Positions 1-12,272 of a DNA stretch of 64,000 bases are shown piece after piece. How positions within the stretch are numbered: the stretch's first letter is position 1; each line of letters begins with the position of its first letter. The DNA comes from Oikopleura dioica (Eukaryota; Animalia; Chordata). Both the position numbers and the translations under genes were made by a program. The stretch is from contig OU015568.1 of the NCBI GenBank assembly GCA_907165135.1, positions 12,834,001-12,898,000 of the forward strand, written 5' to 3'. The notes under the pieces were generated by a model. That model made no database searches, was not told the origin of the DNA, and saw nothing but the letters and a program-made list of their open reading frames with translations.

Positions 1-52
1 CAAAACAAAACAATCGATCACTGAATCTAGAAAATCTCGCTCAAAACTGAAT

Positions 53-88
53 CAGCCAATCCGAGCGCGCCGCTTTTTGTGACGTCAC
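53..88. promoter_or_regulatory. CCAAT box plus palindromic CRE/ATF site
   Basis: cagccaat at 53-60 and gtgacgtcac at 79-88 (TGACGTCA core), about 560 bp upstream of the MFS gene start; motif match only. Confidence 0.35.
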
Positions 89-649
89 GAAAGAAGAATA
101 GGGAACTTCTTTCATTCAAAAGATCATTTTCTACGATAACATCACTTTGTAAACTGGATTTATCTACAACTATCTTCTTAAAAATTTATTTATTGGTTGG
201 GTTCAATGCGTAAAATTCCAGTTTTTGATGAATTTCTTCGTAAAATTTTAGGAAATCAGAAATTTGTCGATTGTCTTGAAAATCTATTCAAAGAAGAACA
301 TCAATTTCATAGGAAATAGGTGTCAATACATCAAGAGTTGCAACTTGCAAGTTCATCAGTACTTTAGATACAAAATGTGTCATCCACAGAGCGGGGAGTT
401 TGAACGCGAAGTTGAAGTGAGAGAATTTGGCATTCAGTCAGCTCACTTCTTTCATTTTTTTGTATCGCCTCGGAGGCGGCTTCTACCGAGTCTACCGAGA
501 ATCTAAAAATAGTAACCGAGGTTCTTGTTCTTTTATTGGCCTTCTGATGCTTCCTGGGATCACTGGAACTGTTCAATATTGATTTTGGCCCTTCTCATTA
601 TTACTAAGAGACACAGAAATAAAGAAGAAGTTCATTTCATTTGTGAAAG

Positions 650-2376
650 ATGGGGGAGGACAAAGAGGAAGTAAACAAAGCTTGGCGATGGGCAGTTTTG
701 ATAATAGGAAGGGTTTGCTACTTCGATATTTGTTGAAGAATAATTATTATAAAACCTGTGATCAGTTATTTTACTTGGAACTGGAAATGCAATGGGATGG
801 TTGACGTTTGCCCCAGTACCTACAGCCACAGTCCTCTATTTCGGCATCACAACGAATCAGGTTGATTGGTTTTCGATGATCTACATGGGTGTCGGTCTTC
901 CGGCTGGCTTCGTCGCTATATGGATTTGTGATGGCATTGGTCTTCGCAAATCTACTTGGATAACTATCGCCTTTTATTTTGTCGGCGCAGTCTTGCGTGT
1001 TGGATCTCTCGGATTCAAGAGCTACGATGAAAACGGCGACTTCATTCCTTGCGAAAAATGCTTCCCCGTCGCGCTTATCGGAACAGCTCTAATGGGAATA
1101 AGCCAGGCGTTTGTCGGTGTTCTTCCAACTCTTATGGCTGCCAGGTGGTTTGAAGATAAAGAGCGTCTTCTTGCAAATTCGATTGCTTCGCTGTCCATTT
1201 GCATTGGTTTGATGGTCGCATCTATTGCAGCTCCACTAATAACAAAAGGACCGGATGATCTTTTCTTTGAAGGAATCTTGTTTTCATTGCCAGTTATTGC
1301 TGCGGCTCCAATTGCCCTCTGCATTCCTTCTGATGGAATTTTACCAGCGCCGAAAACCATGCCATTTTTTGACAGGCTCAGGTTTGCAAATGATTTTTCG
1401 CCGCACGCATTGATTTTTTTAAGACTTTTGGCATTCGAAGGTGGCTGGGAGTTCTCCGCCGCTGTTTTGCTTGGTGCAATCCGAATTGGCCACAACTCAA
1501 TGGTTCAAAGTCTCATCGTTCAGCTTCTCTGCCCGGCTGGCTATTCTAACATCTTCAGCTCGACGATTTGCGCCACCCTTATTATTGGCCCTGGGGTTGC
1601 TTTCAGCATGTTCCTGACGAGAATGATCGGCGGAACCGAGCATCATGCCTTGACTGCCAAAATTTGCGCCGCCATTTCAATCGCTTCGAATGTCGCTTTC
1701 ACGTTTGCGATGAAAGTTCCCGAGCAAGAGATACTCATTGCATCCCTTTGCGTTGTTTATGGAATGTCGACGCTTGTTCTTCTTCCGCTGGCTTGCGAGA
1801 TGGCTGCGGAAACTGCTCATCCTGTTGGTGGAGGCACCGCTGGAGGATTGGTAACAAGTCTAGGGGAGATAATTGGGCCGATTTTCATCTTTCTGAGCGG
1901 GCTTGTTCCGACAGGCTTTACACCAGAGGGGTCTACTTGCTTTGAAGATCAAGGTAGACTGACTTTTTTCACTTGATTATAATTTTCGAAAGGTCAAGAT
2001 CTGATGACGTTTATGCTGGCATTGGATGGATTCTGTCTGTTTCTTCTCATAATCTATGCAGCGCGATACAAGTGTTCCTTCAAAAGAAGAAAAGCATTGG
2101 AAGAAACAAAAGCTCAAACTGCCCTCTTAGAATAAATAAATTTATTTCATACCAAACTCAATCGTTGATCCTTGACAAAAGCAAGAATAGCACTCTAAGA
2201 ACGCGGATAACCTTTTTTCAGAGAAAAATGCTTACAAAGGTATCAGAAAAATGAATTTTTTTTTGTCTTATTAAAACTTTATAGCTGTCATTTCTACTTT
2301 TGGGAATCACGATTCTGATAATTGCAACAATTGCGTCTCTACTTTTAATCCGACAGCACCAACACAAAGCAAATAA
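650..2376 (+). CDS. MFSD7: MFS transporter, SLC49A3/MFSD7-like (FLVCR/DIRC2 family), multi-exon
   Basis: Exon 1 MGEDKEEVNKAWRWAVLII, then GNAMGWLTFAP...QVDWFSMIY...WICDGIGLR, AARWFEDKERLLANSIA, CPAGYSNIFS, EMAAETAHPVGGG, matching recalled MFSD7 motifs. An in-frame 42-nt GT-AG intron at 1382-1423 is read through by the ORF track. 3' exons are approximate. Confidence 0.8.
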
Positions 2377-2441
2377 TGGAGATTGACTGATTTTGACTTT
2401 TTTATTAAAATATAAAAATGGAAGAATAATTATAAATCGAA

Positions 2442-2694
2442 TTATCCCTTTTCATCAATATTTTTGAACAACTTTGAAGCAATAAATCCCTGTGCGCGAG
2501 CTGCTTTACTGTAAATAAATTTTATTAAAAAAAGAGAGAGTCTGTACTTACCCAGCAATCTCGTCACATTCATGGGTAATATCATCAAATTCGAATGGGG
2601 CAATACTATCGAGTCCTCCATAATCAGCTAAACTTGCCTCTTCGCAATGATTATAAATCATCATATATCTAGCCCAATATGTTGCAACTTTCAT
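2442..2694 (-). CDS. small 2-exon hypothetical protein (~69 aa)
   Basis: ATG 2694, canonical GTAAGT...TTTACAG intron 2509-2551, in-frame join MKVATYWARY...CDEIAG|KAARAQGFIASKLFKNIDEKG*. Missed by the ORF track because each exon is under 60 aa. Confidence 0.45.
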
Positions 2695-3223
2695 TTTTGA
2701 GAATCGAGACTTTAGACGATTTCAGGTCAGAGCGAGGTGTTTTTATGAGCTACGTTGAAAAATTAATGCTGTTCGGTTAGAACACGCGCAGAAGCAGGAT
2801 AGTATCAATTTATAATTTCATATTTTAATAAGAATAAGACAATCGCATAAGAAAAATGATTACCTGTCAGAAATCATCAGAGATAAAAGCTAAAACCACT
2901 AATTCTTAAAAATGTCTGAATGTCATCTCGTCGCCATGCTTATTACAGTACATTTGTTCGGGTCATGTGACCTCCAGTTGACTCGGCTAATATTAGTTAA
3001 ATTCGTGGGATTCTGAATTGGTGCACCTTGCCCGAGGCACCACCGCCGAGCACCATTTCACCTCTCCGACGCTGAAGTCTTTGCATTTGGAGTGGGGCGC
3101 TAAAGGAAAAGGTCTATTTTTTACTTTTACGTTTCGAACGCAAAGCGTTTCTTAGAGAAAACATAGAGAAGTCTTAGTTAAACTTTGAATGAAAAAATAG
3201 CCTTGAAAAAGTTTACCAAGCGC

Positions 3224-4704
3224 ATGAAAAAGCTTTTATCACTATTCGCCTTTGGAGGCGTACTCGGCCAAGATATCGACTTCGCTGACGTCTTCGATCA
3301 TGTCTGCGATGAGACTTCTATGACCGCTACAATCCGTGAACGAGATCTCAAGAAATTGGGTACATGGGGCGATGACTTCTCAAAGATCACACTCAACGAG
3401 GGATGCCAGGGCGTACCAGACGAATACGGAAACATTCTGTTCAGCGCTGGTTCTCTTCAGAAGCTTCCTCTTGAGTGTGGAACTCAGTACTGGGACGACG
3501 GCTCTGGGAAGATCACTTTCTGGAACGTGGTTCAGTTCACACCACCTAATGATGGCTCTCCCATCACCAGAGACGCAGATGGACTTTACAACTTTACCTG
3601 CGTGTACGATATGAGCGTCAACGATGATACCTTTGAGCTTTCACTCAAGCACAAGGTTGTTGCTGCTCCAGTCGATACAATCTGGTTCGAGGGTCAAACT
3701 GCCGAAGGAAAGTTCCGAGCCACCATGGAGCTCTTCAAGGATAGCTCCTACGAAGAGTCATTCATGGGATCATCTGTCATGCTTTCAGTCGAGCAGCGAC
3801 TTTACGTCGATGTGACACTCGAAGCTAAGGATCCTGAAGTCGTTCTTAACGTCCAACGTTGCTGGGCTACACCTACGACTGAGGCCGACGCTCCTGTTCG
3901 ACACACATTGATCTACGAGGGTTGCCCAACTGATCCTACAGTTGTTCTCCGAGACGATGCTCCCGATGCCAACTCTGCTCGATGGGAATCTCAAATGTTC
4001 CAGTTCGTCGACGAGGCTCAGGTCTGGCTTCACTGCGATATCCAAGCTTGTGACTCTCGACGATTCTCTTGCGAAAACACCTGCGAGGATCGAGAGCGAC
4101 GAGAAATCCAAGAAATCTTCTCTGGATCTCGTCATCCACGAGCCGTCTCAACCCCCAATGCCAGTGGAACTGGAATGTACAACCCTAACATTCTCACCGT
4201 CGGACCTCTTCGATCCCAGGAGCGATGGGCTGATTCTACCATTGGTAAGTATAGCAAGTCTAAACTGGATAGCTTCAAATCGAGCTTCTTGAACAAATGG
4301 AAATCACTATTCGGCTCTTCAAGTGGCTCTCAGAGCAGTTTTCTTTCCTACTTACCCAAAGACAATAGTTATCGATCCTATTATCACTAATTTATATTTA
4401 ATAAACGTTCAAGAATCAACCTTGTCTCGTCAGTTGCAGGTTCTTTCATGGCAACTGATGAGCAGTTTAGCTTTTCTAAAGGTAAATTTCAGGCACTGAG
4501 ACGCAAGCTTTGAAATGGATTGTTGCCGTCGGAGTCATCATCATTGCTGCTCTTATTTCTGGCATTGTCTATTTCTGCAAGTTCCGAGATTCTGCCTCCG
4601 TCAAGCCAAAAGCGCGAGCTAACAACGACTGGCAATTGTACGGTGCTGGCGGAAAGCCAGTTGGTGCCCAAAACAATGGTGCCAAGGCTCCTCGAAATTG
4701 GTAA
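3224..4704 (+). CDS. ZP-domain protein with signal peptide, furin site and C-terminal TM
   Basis: MKKLLSLFAFGGVLG signal; ZP-N/ZP-C Cys pattern (CDETSM, CWATPT, GCPTDP, FQF..VWLHCDIQAC...C..TC); RERR furin site; phase-1 intron 4246-4493 to TM exon KWIVAVGVIIIAALISGIVYFC. Confidence 0.88.
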
Positions 4705-4970
4705 TCTAGCTAATTGCGATCTTTGCATAACCAACGTATCCTACAAACTATCTTTCATATCGCCCATGTGACCATTTTCCTTGCGGATGAAAAGTGCCAT
4801 TTATGTGCCGATTTCATGCCTATTTTCTACACCCATAATATTGATATTTGCCCCTACACAAAAACTCGAAGACCCTTTGAAGATAAAATGACTACCCACG
4901 CTCGTTTTTGAAAAATTTTACTGCGCACTGATTTAATTTGGTTTCTCATCTCCACTTGCCAAGCTGCTGT

Positions 4971-7464
4971 TCACCATTTGCCAAAATCAGTCTTTTTGAC
5001 AAGCTGGTTTGTATCTTTGCCCAGGAACTCTGTGCGCTTGATATCAAACTGTAGATCTTCAAAAGAAGAATTGATCTCAACTGTACCCTGCATAAGCTCG
5101 ACTAAGCTCGTGAATAAAGTCTGATTTACACAAAATAACTATTTTTGAAGGAGCAAAAGCAGTTATTCTCATAAGTCTTTTCGTTCGTAAGTGAAGACAC
5201 GGATCTTCCCAGTGCTCCAGTCGTTGTACTGCGGTAGCCAGTTTGGAACGCTGTTGAATTGATTTTTGTATTTTGAAGCCGCCTCGTAGATGAATTGGTT
5301 GACTACTGAAAGATATGAACTATGCCGGAATGAGTTTATGAATAACCTATCTTTCCGAGCATTTGCGCTCTTGGCCGAGATCTACGACGAGAAGCAGAGC
5401 AGATTGTGTTGAATACAGAAGTTGACAGTCCCTGTAGCTCAGAGCTAAAAAAAAGAATTTTCTAAAGGCCGTAGATTCTTACTTACGTGGAGGTTGCCTC
5501 AAGAACATTGCCAGAAACTCCATTCGCAATGTCTTCAAGAGTCGATCCTATGATACCACCGTTTTCGTCGTATCCGATTGCAATCGCGGTTATACCCGCT
5601 GTAGCTACTGCAGCAGATGCGGTTTGCAACGAGGAAAGATCCCCGTCAAAACCGTCAGTAATGACAATCATCACATCGTTCACGTTATCCGAAGTATCCA
5701 TCTGTGACGCTCCTTCTGTGATACCGTCTGCAATCGCTGTGGTCTCGCCATACCAAGTCAACGAATTGAGAGCGGAGTTAATATCGGATGTATCAACAAA
5801 CTGCGCTGGACCCAGTACAGTCTTTGGATTTATCAATATTTTTCAAGATAAAAAGCTAACTTACGTTAACCTGGCCTTCTCGACCATCTCCGATATCAGT
5901 GATACTGATTTTGACGACAGTTTGAGTGTCAAACTCGGCCAATAAATCTCTGAAGAAATCTTGGACAGCGCTCTGTTTATCGCCAACTTGCGATCCAGAA
6001 GTATCAATAACCACCGAGATGTCGAGTCGTTCGTTGTTGAGTGTACATACTCGGTCGCAATTTCGACCTTGAAAGCCAGGTGGACAGATGCAATTATACG
6101 TATTTCCGTCAGGAACGCATTCAGCACCGTTCTGACAAGGATCAGGACTGGTAGGACAATTGCTTGGCGGCTCTGTTGTTGTTGTGGTTGTTGTAGTCGT
6201 AGTACTCGTTGTAGTTGTTGGTTCTGTAGTTGGCGTTGTTTCAGTTGTCGTCGGGGTCGTTGGTGGATCTGTGACCGGTGGTTCAGTTACTGGAGGATCA
6301 GTAGCAGGAGGAACTGTTGGTGGTGGCTCTGTTGTCTTTTGTCATTTATTATTTGAAAGATAAAAGTTTTCACTTACGATAGGAATATGACAAAATTGAC
6401 CACTCCAGTTCGGATCGCAAAGACATACAAATGAGCCTGATATGCCCGTATCTGCTTCTGTATTCGCGCACACTCCGTTTTGGCACGGATCAGGATTGCA
6501 AGGATCAGGCGGTGGTTGAGTTGTTGTTGCAGGGCAGCTACCGCTTGCGACGAGAGTCGTACCGCAACACTCAAGGGTTGCGGCGTTGAACGTGTGGCCG
6601 TTGCAGCATCCACGCGTTCCTCCTTCAGTATTAAATGGGAATCTTGAAAAATTGATGTATTATCTTTCTGCATTTTCCTTAAATATTACCTTGTCGGAAA
6701 TTCACCGCAACACTGGTCTGGTGGACCTCGAGAGAATGGATTTGGCTCACATTGAGTTGATGGATCCCAGCCATGTGAATTCGCGTAATAACTATTAAAC
6801 TCGTTTATGCTGAAGACGACACTTTTGAGGAGTTATGATTGAGTCTTCTTCCGAATATTTTTAAAGTTTTAACTCTTTACTGTTAACGAATGCGGAATCA
6901 CACTGACAAGCCATCATCTGACAATCAGAGTTCGAACTAGAGCACGAAAATTGCCGCTTAGATGGATCAAACCAAACTTGATAAACTTGTTCTGTTGGAT
7001 TGCATTGTCCAAAAGTGTCCATTTGAATGCATTTTTGGCAGCGAGTCCAATTCTGGCACTTTCGATCGACGGTATCTACCGGAGTTCCTCGCCGGTGTTT
7101 CAAGTGCTCAGGTGAGGTTTGACACCAACAACCATAGTTCAATATCTCTGAGGGGATGTATTTATCCAGATTGTAAGCGTTCAACATATACTGAAGCATC
7201 GTATTGACGAGTTCTTCTTGCGATGAAAATGTATATCGTTGCTCAGCACCTGGACCGGCGCCTCTTGATGCACCTAGTCCAGATCGAGCGCCAAGAGAGT
7301 CCATCAGCATCGGTGGACGCCCTGGGTCAACGAAAGGGACTACCAATTATAGATTTCTTATTTACGGATGTCTACTTACAAACATGTCTAATTTCTTCTT
7401 GCTCGTCAATAATCTCTTGGCTTTTGGCTAAAAACAGTGAGACGGCCGACGACCATAATTTCAT
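4971..7464 (-). CDS. secreted mosaic ECM protein A: PLA2-like (inactive) + galaxin-like + EGF + Thr/Pro mucin + EGF + VWA + C-terminal module
   Basis: MKLWSSAVSLFLA signal; NYGCWC...GTPVDTVDRKC; CCNGHTFNAATLECC; EGF CNPDPCQNG..C.CDPNWSGQFC; VWA (TTAIADGI, VMIVITDG, TLEDIA). Ends at 5169 (YERKDL*) or at an extra exon 4971-5120. Confidence 0.75.
6170..6345 (-). repeat. Thr/Pro-rich mucin-type low-complexity coding repeat
   Basis: EPPTT/PPVT/TTTT codons between the two EGF modules of paralog A. Confidence 0.7.
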
Positions 7465-7724
7465 CGTCCAAGTTCGACTTTGTCTAGGCCCTTTTCAAAT
7501 CTTGATGTTCCAAAATTGAGCGAGTGCAAACTGATTTAACAAGTCGGATCGGCTGTGACAATGAATTCTTCAAATGTCATCGGATAAAAATCCACTAATT
7601 AGAAATCCATACATCGCATCAAATAATTCTCAGCTATTTATCCGGCTGACATTTTTCCGTGACAAATTAGTCGAGACACGATTAAACTTTTTATTTAGGT
7701 TGGTGTTCGCAGTGAAAGAAGATT

Positions 7725-10078
7725 TCAAAGGGGAACTCTCTCGTAAGTGAAGCCTTCGATGTTTCCTGCGATGAATTGACTGTACTGCGGGTGCCAGGTA
7801 GGAACTTGTTCAAAATTGTCGATGTACTTTGCTGCGACTTCATAGATGAACTGGTTGACAATTTTGAATGGTGGTTGTGGTTCAATAAATTTCTGGCTCC
7901 TTGTTGTCTGACTGTCGCATATTCCCTGAATCACGTCCTCATGAATCGTGGACATGGCCTCTCTAAAATTCAGTTCAGATTCTGAAACGTATAATTAGAT
8001 CTTTACTCAGTCGTTGCGGTATAAACATTGCTTGTGTCTCCATTTGCAATATCTTCCAAGGTTCCCAGTTGATATCCGCCACCTTCTGAATATCCGAGAG
8101 CAAACGCAGTTATACCAGCTGAGCTTACTGCTGCGACCGATGTCTTTCAAGGATTGTTTGCTTTGATTATTTATAAATTATAATGAAAAGCGTTTCAAGA
8201 CAATTTTCAAAGTGTTTTCTTTTATCCGTTCCTGCAGATTTCCAAGATCTCCATCCCAACCATCAGTAATAACAAGCATTACGTCGCTCACATTATCATT
8301 AGTATCCATTTGTGAGGCCCCTTCAGTTATACCTGGGCCGATCGCCGTTGTTGATCCCCACCAAGTCATTGCATCAAGTGCAGAAGAAATATCACTTCAA
8401 AATGTTGTTAAATATTTCTTTTAATAAAAATAACCTTGTATCAGCAAAATCAACGGGACCGTAAACAGTCTCTACTCGTCCTTCTCGTCCATCAGCGACC
8501 GCAGTAATACTCACTTTTACTGCAGTTTGTGTATCGAACTCAGCCAAGAGAGCTGTCATAAAAGCTTCAATAACAGGCGCCTTTTGATTAGCTTGAGATC
8601 CAGATGTGTCAACAACGATTGAAATGTCCAAGCGTTCATTCTGCAGAACACAGACTCGATCACAATTTCGACCTTGGAATCCGGGTGGGCAGATGCAATT
8701 GTAAGTTCCTCCATCAACGACACATTGACTTCCATTTTGACAAGGATCAGGGCTGACAGGGCATGGATTCGTAGTTGTTGTTGTCGTCGTGGTTGTCGTA
8801 GTCGTAGTTGTCGTAGTCGTAGTTGTAGTTGGCTCAGTTGTTGGCGTTGTTTCAGTTGTAGTTGCGGATGTTGTTGGAGGATCGGTTGGTGGAGCAGTTG
8901 GTGGAGCAGTTGGCCCTTCAGTTGTTGTCGTCTTTGATGTTGTCATTAACTTTTTATAAGTTTAGAAATATTACCAAAGGAATATGACAGAATTGACCAG
9001 ACCAATTCATATCGCACAAGCACGTGAACGAACCTATATTTAGAAATCAACAAGAAGTGTCATTTCTAATTCTTTTTGTCGAGTTACTATCCTGATATTC
9101 CAGTATCCGCTGAAGTATCCATGCAAGTTCCATTCTGACAAGGATCAGGTGAACATGGATTAGGAGCTGGTGTTGTGGTTTGTGGGCAGCTACCAGCTGC
9201 AAGAAGAACCGTGTTGCAGCATTCGTGGGTCAGAGAATTGAAAGTATGTCCATTGCAGCATCCACGGCTTCCATCTTCGGTATTGTAGGGATAACGGGTT
9301 GGGTAAGTACCGCAACACTGATCTGGTGGTCCCCTAGAGAACGGATTCGGCGTGCACTGAGTCGAAGGTTCCCAACCATGTGAGTTTGCATAGTAGCTGT
9401 TCTTTGATGGGCAATTGATGAACTTTGAGTATTTTTAGAAAGATCAAAAGTCCTCTCCTGTTGAATTCATTCAAACTGAAAATAATCGAATTCACGAAAG
9501 CAGCATCACATTCACAAGCCATATTTTGACAGTCGGTGTTCGTGCTAGAGCAGACGAAACTTTTTGAAGTTGGGTCAAAGTAAACCGAATAGATTTGCTG
9601 AAAGAGGTTATCATCTTATTTTCTCTTGAATCAGATGACCTCACTAGCCGAGCATTGGCCGAATGTATCCATCGACACACATCTCTGACAGCGATACCAG
9701 TTTTGACATTTTCGATCGACAGAATCAACTGGTGTGCCTCGACGATGATTTATGTGATCTGGATTGGTTTGGCACCAACAACCGTAGTTTAAAATTTCGT
9801 TCGGGTCGTATCTATCCAGATAATGTGCATTTAGCATGTATTGAAGCATGGTTGTGAGGAGCTCATTTTGACTTGCAAAAGAGTATCGCTCAGGATGTCC
9901 ACCTCGACCGATATCAGAAATATCTGAGCTCTTTAGCTCAATTTTTGGAGCTGCAGGATCAGCTGTAGGAACTTAATTTAATCAATTACTGAACGTCTTC
10001 GGATTTTTCTTGCTTACAGATCTCCGTCAAATTCCTGTCTCCTTTTATTGACGCAAACAGCGTTAATGCGAGCTTCAT
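7725..10078 (-). CDS. secreted mosaic ECM protein B, tandem paralog of A
   Basis: MKLALTLFASIKG signal; NYGCWC...GTPVDSVDRKC; EGF CQNGSQC..CICPPGFQGRNC; VWA with DISIVVDTSGS (DxSxS MIDAS) and VMLVITDG; C-terminus NQFIYE..KY..VP.W.PQY..FTYER shared with A. Confidence 0.78.
8765..8946 (-). repeat. poly-Thr mucin-type coding repeat
   Basis: PPTAPPTAPPTDPPTT followed by a long poly-T(Thr) run (ACA/ACG/ACT codons) in paralog B. Confidence 0.75.
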
Positions 10079-10301
10079 AATAGAAAATCTCTTATTTCAG
10101 CAAAGCTGTCTCTCTGCTTAGCTGATCAAAAATTGTTTCATATAAGTTTGGCAAATTTAAATGTCAACCCAGAGTCAAATGCATCATGCAGCAACTTTTT
10201 TTGATTTGAGTTGTCACGCAGGTCTATGAAATAATTTTCGTAAACAACGGATAAGTAGGTTTATTTTACATGTAAAGGATTGATTTTTTTGTCGTTTTGG
10301 A

Positions 10302-11304
10302 TTAGAAAAAGTCGAAAGTATCGTAAGGCTTGTCCAGCCATGGAGTGTTCCAGTTCCATTTGACGCGATAAAAGTCTAAACTCGAGTCTTTCAAGTGATA
10401 AGTGTATGATATAACCTTGATCCTGGAACTCTCGATAGTAATTTATGCATTCAGGTCCAATGCAGCACTGGCGACAAGTAGCAGCAGATCCTGAAGCGTG
10501 GATACGTTCTCATTCAAACTTGACTTTTACCTTTCGAAAAATTGCAAGAGCCTTTGATTCCCCATCCATTCGATTTCTTATTTGTAAGACAAGCCGTTGA
10601 TTGCTTGCAACTCATTTCATACTGATGAATATAATAATAAAGATGAGTACATCTTCATCTGATAATTTGAAAGTCTCGTGGTGTGATTTAATTTCCGAAA
10701 TACAATATTATTTCCAAAATACCTGAATTGGCTCGCCATTCTGTGTGCGCATCGTCAACGAGCAGAATGAGTCCTTCGGACATTCTTGAGTTTTTCCGTT
10801 CTGGAGACACTCAAGCAGCTTTCGACCGTTGCATGACAAACACTGTAATAATTTTGAATTAATTTTAGCAAGATTTCCGCACCATTGTCTTCGTTCGATC
10901 AATAACTCTTTCGGCATTTCCAGTTATTCTCGGTCTTGTTGGGATAGAGGTCTTTTGCAGAGTTGTTGTTGTTAGCCAACTTCTTGGAGTCCATGAAGTT
11001 GAAGTCGATAATGTTGTCGTAAAACCAGTCGTTGATGTCGGTTCCTCAGTAGTAGTCGTAGTAGAAGTTGTAGTTGTTGTTGTGGTTGTGGTAGTACTCC
11101 TTGTCTTTGTGGTGTTTTTATTCTTCGAGGCTTTCTTATTCTTCTGTCGATTTTTCCTTCTCTCAGCAGCATTTATAGCTCTTTGTTCCTCCCTTTGTTC
11201 TTAATAAAAATAAATAAGATTGTTAATATCATTTTCAAACCAGGAGTAAGCTTCTGTGCAATTATTTCCAAAGAAAAATATAAAATAAGCGACAGTTTCA
11301 CCAT
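10302..11304 (-). CDS. secreted mucin-like protein with a Cys-rich three-finger/Ly6-like (oikosin-type) domain
   Basis: MVKLSLILYFSLEIIA signal, basic and poly-Thr segment, then CLSCNG...ECLQNG..QECPKDSFCSLTMR...SCKQSTAC...SC..TCRQCCIGPEC; ends DKPYDTFDFF*. The oikosin resemblance is from memory. Confidence 0.6.
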
Positions 11305-12272
11305 TTCCCTAGCTAAAGCCTTGCTGCTCAGTTTTAAAGCAAACACTCACTGTCCGATAAACCGGAGTAGAAGTGATGGCGCCACCTGGATGAGGTTATT
11401 CTAGTTTCCTCAAACCTGCGGAAGCTCATGTTTGCGCGAAACAAATGCTGTAAGTTTAGCGAGCTCAACCGATATTTGCTTGATCAGAACAGTCTACCGA
11501 CTCGGAATACAAGAAGCTTAAACTTGTCAGTACAATAAAGCATAAAATACGGCATTTTCTTACGCAATGGAATTATAATAATTGCGTATATTTTTATGAC
11601 ACGAAAGAATTTTCCGATCTATCGTGGCTAAACGTGCCAGACACGTATACTGACGCACAATAATTGCTGTCATATGAAAAGCGGGAATATTTCACCTGAA
11701 GATCGACCCTATATCAACAATCGTTAGTGACCGTAGTAAACTCACTGTAGTTTCTTCAATAGTTTGTCATGTGATCTGAATTCTAACGATCTTTCTCTGA
11801 TTTGTGTCGATTCTATTTTGACGATTCTATTTTGACCTAAACTGGTGGCAAATAAAAGAGAAAATATGGGTTAGATCTCAGTTAGTCTTGATTTACTAGC
11901 GGGAGTAGGTTCGAGCTTCAGAAATAAATCACTCTCTCAGACATTTTTGTTTTGTCAACTCATGTAGCCCAATCGCCTTTCCGTCTACCTAAATGGCTAT
12001 CGTCTTGTAGTACTAGTACTTAATTTAACGCCCTTCTGAATCAAAAGATTAGTCCTGTTCAAACGGCAAAAAAGAGAAGATACAAAGTGTCAGAAAATCT
12101 TTTTGCCGAGAGAATACAGCCCCTTGCTGCTCATTTCGTAAGCTAGTGAGTGGAGAGAAACATCGAGAGAGCGGCGCCGGAATAAATTCAAATATTGAAT
12201 TTCGGTAACGACCATGCGGTGAGAGACTATATATACCTGATCGCGAGCACAATTTTCACGAAACGACGCGCG

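Noticed and set aside
364-576. Minus-strand 70-aa ORF divergent from the MFS gene
   Set aside because: No ATG in frame and no homology; exon structure could not be supported.
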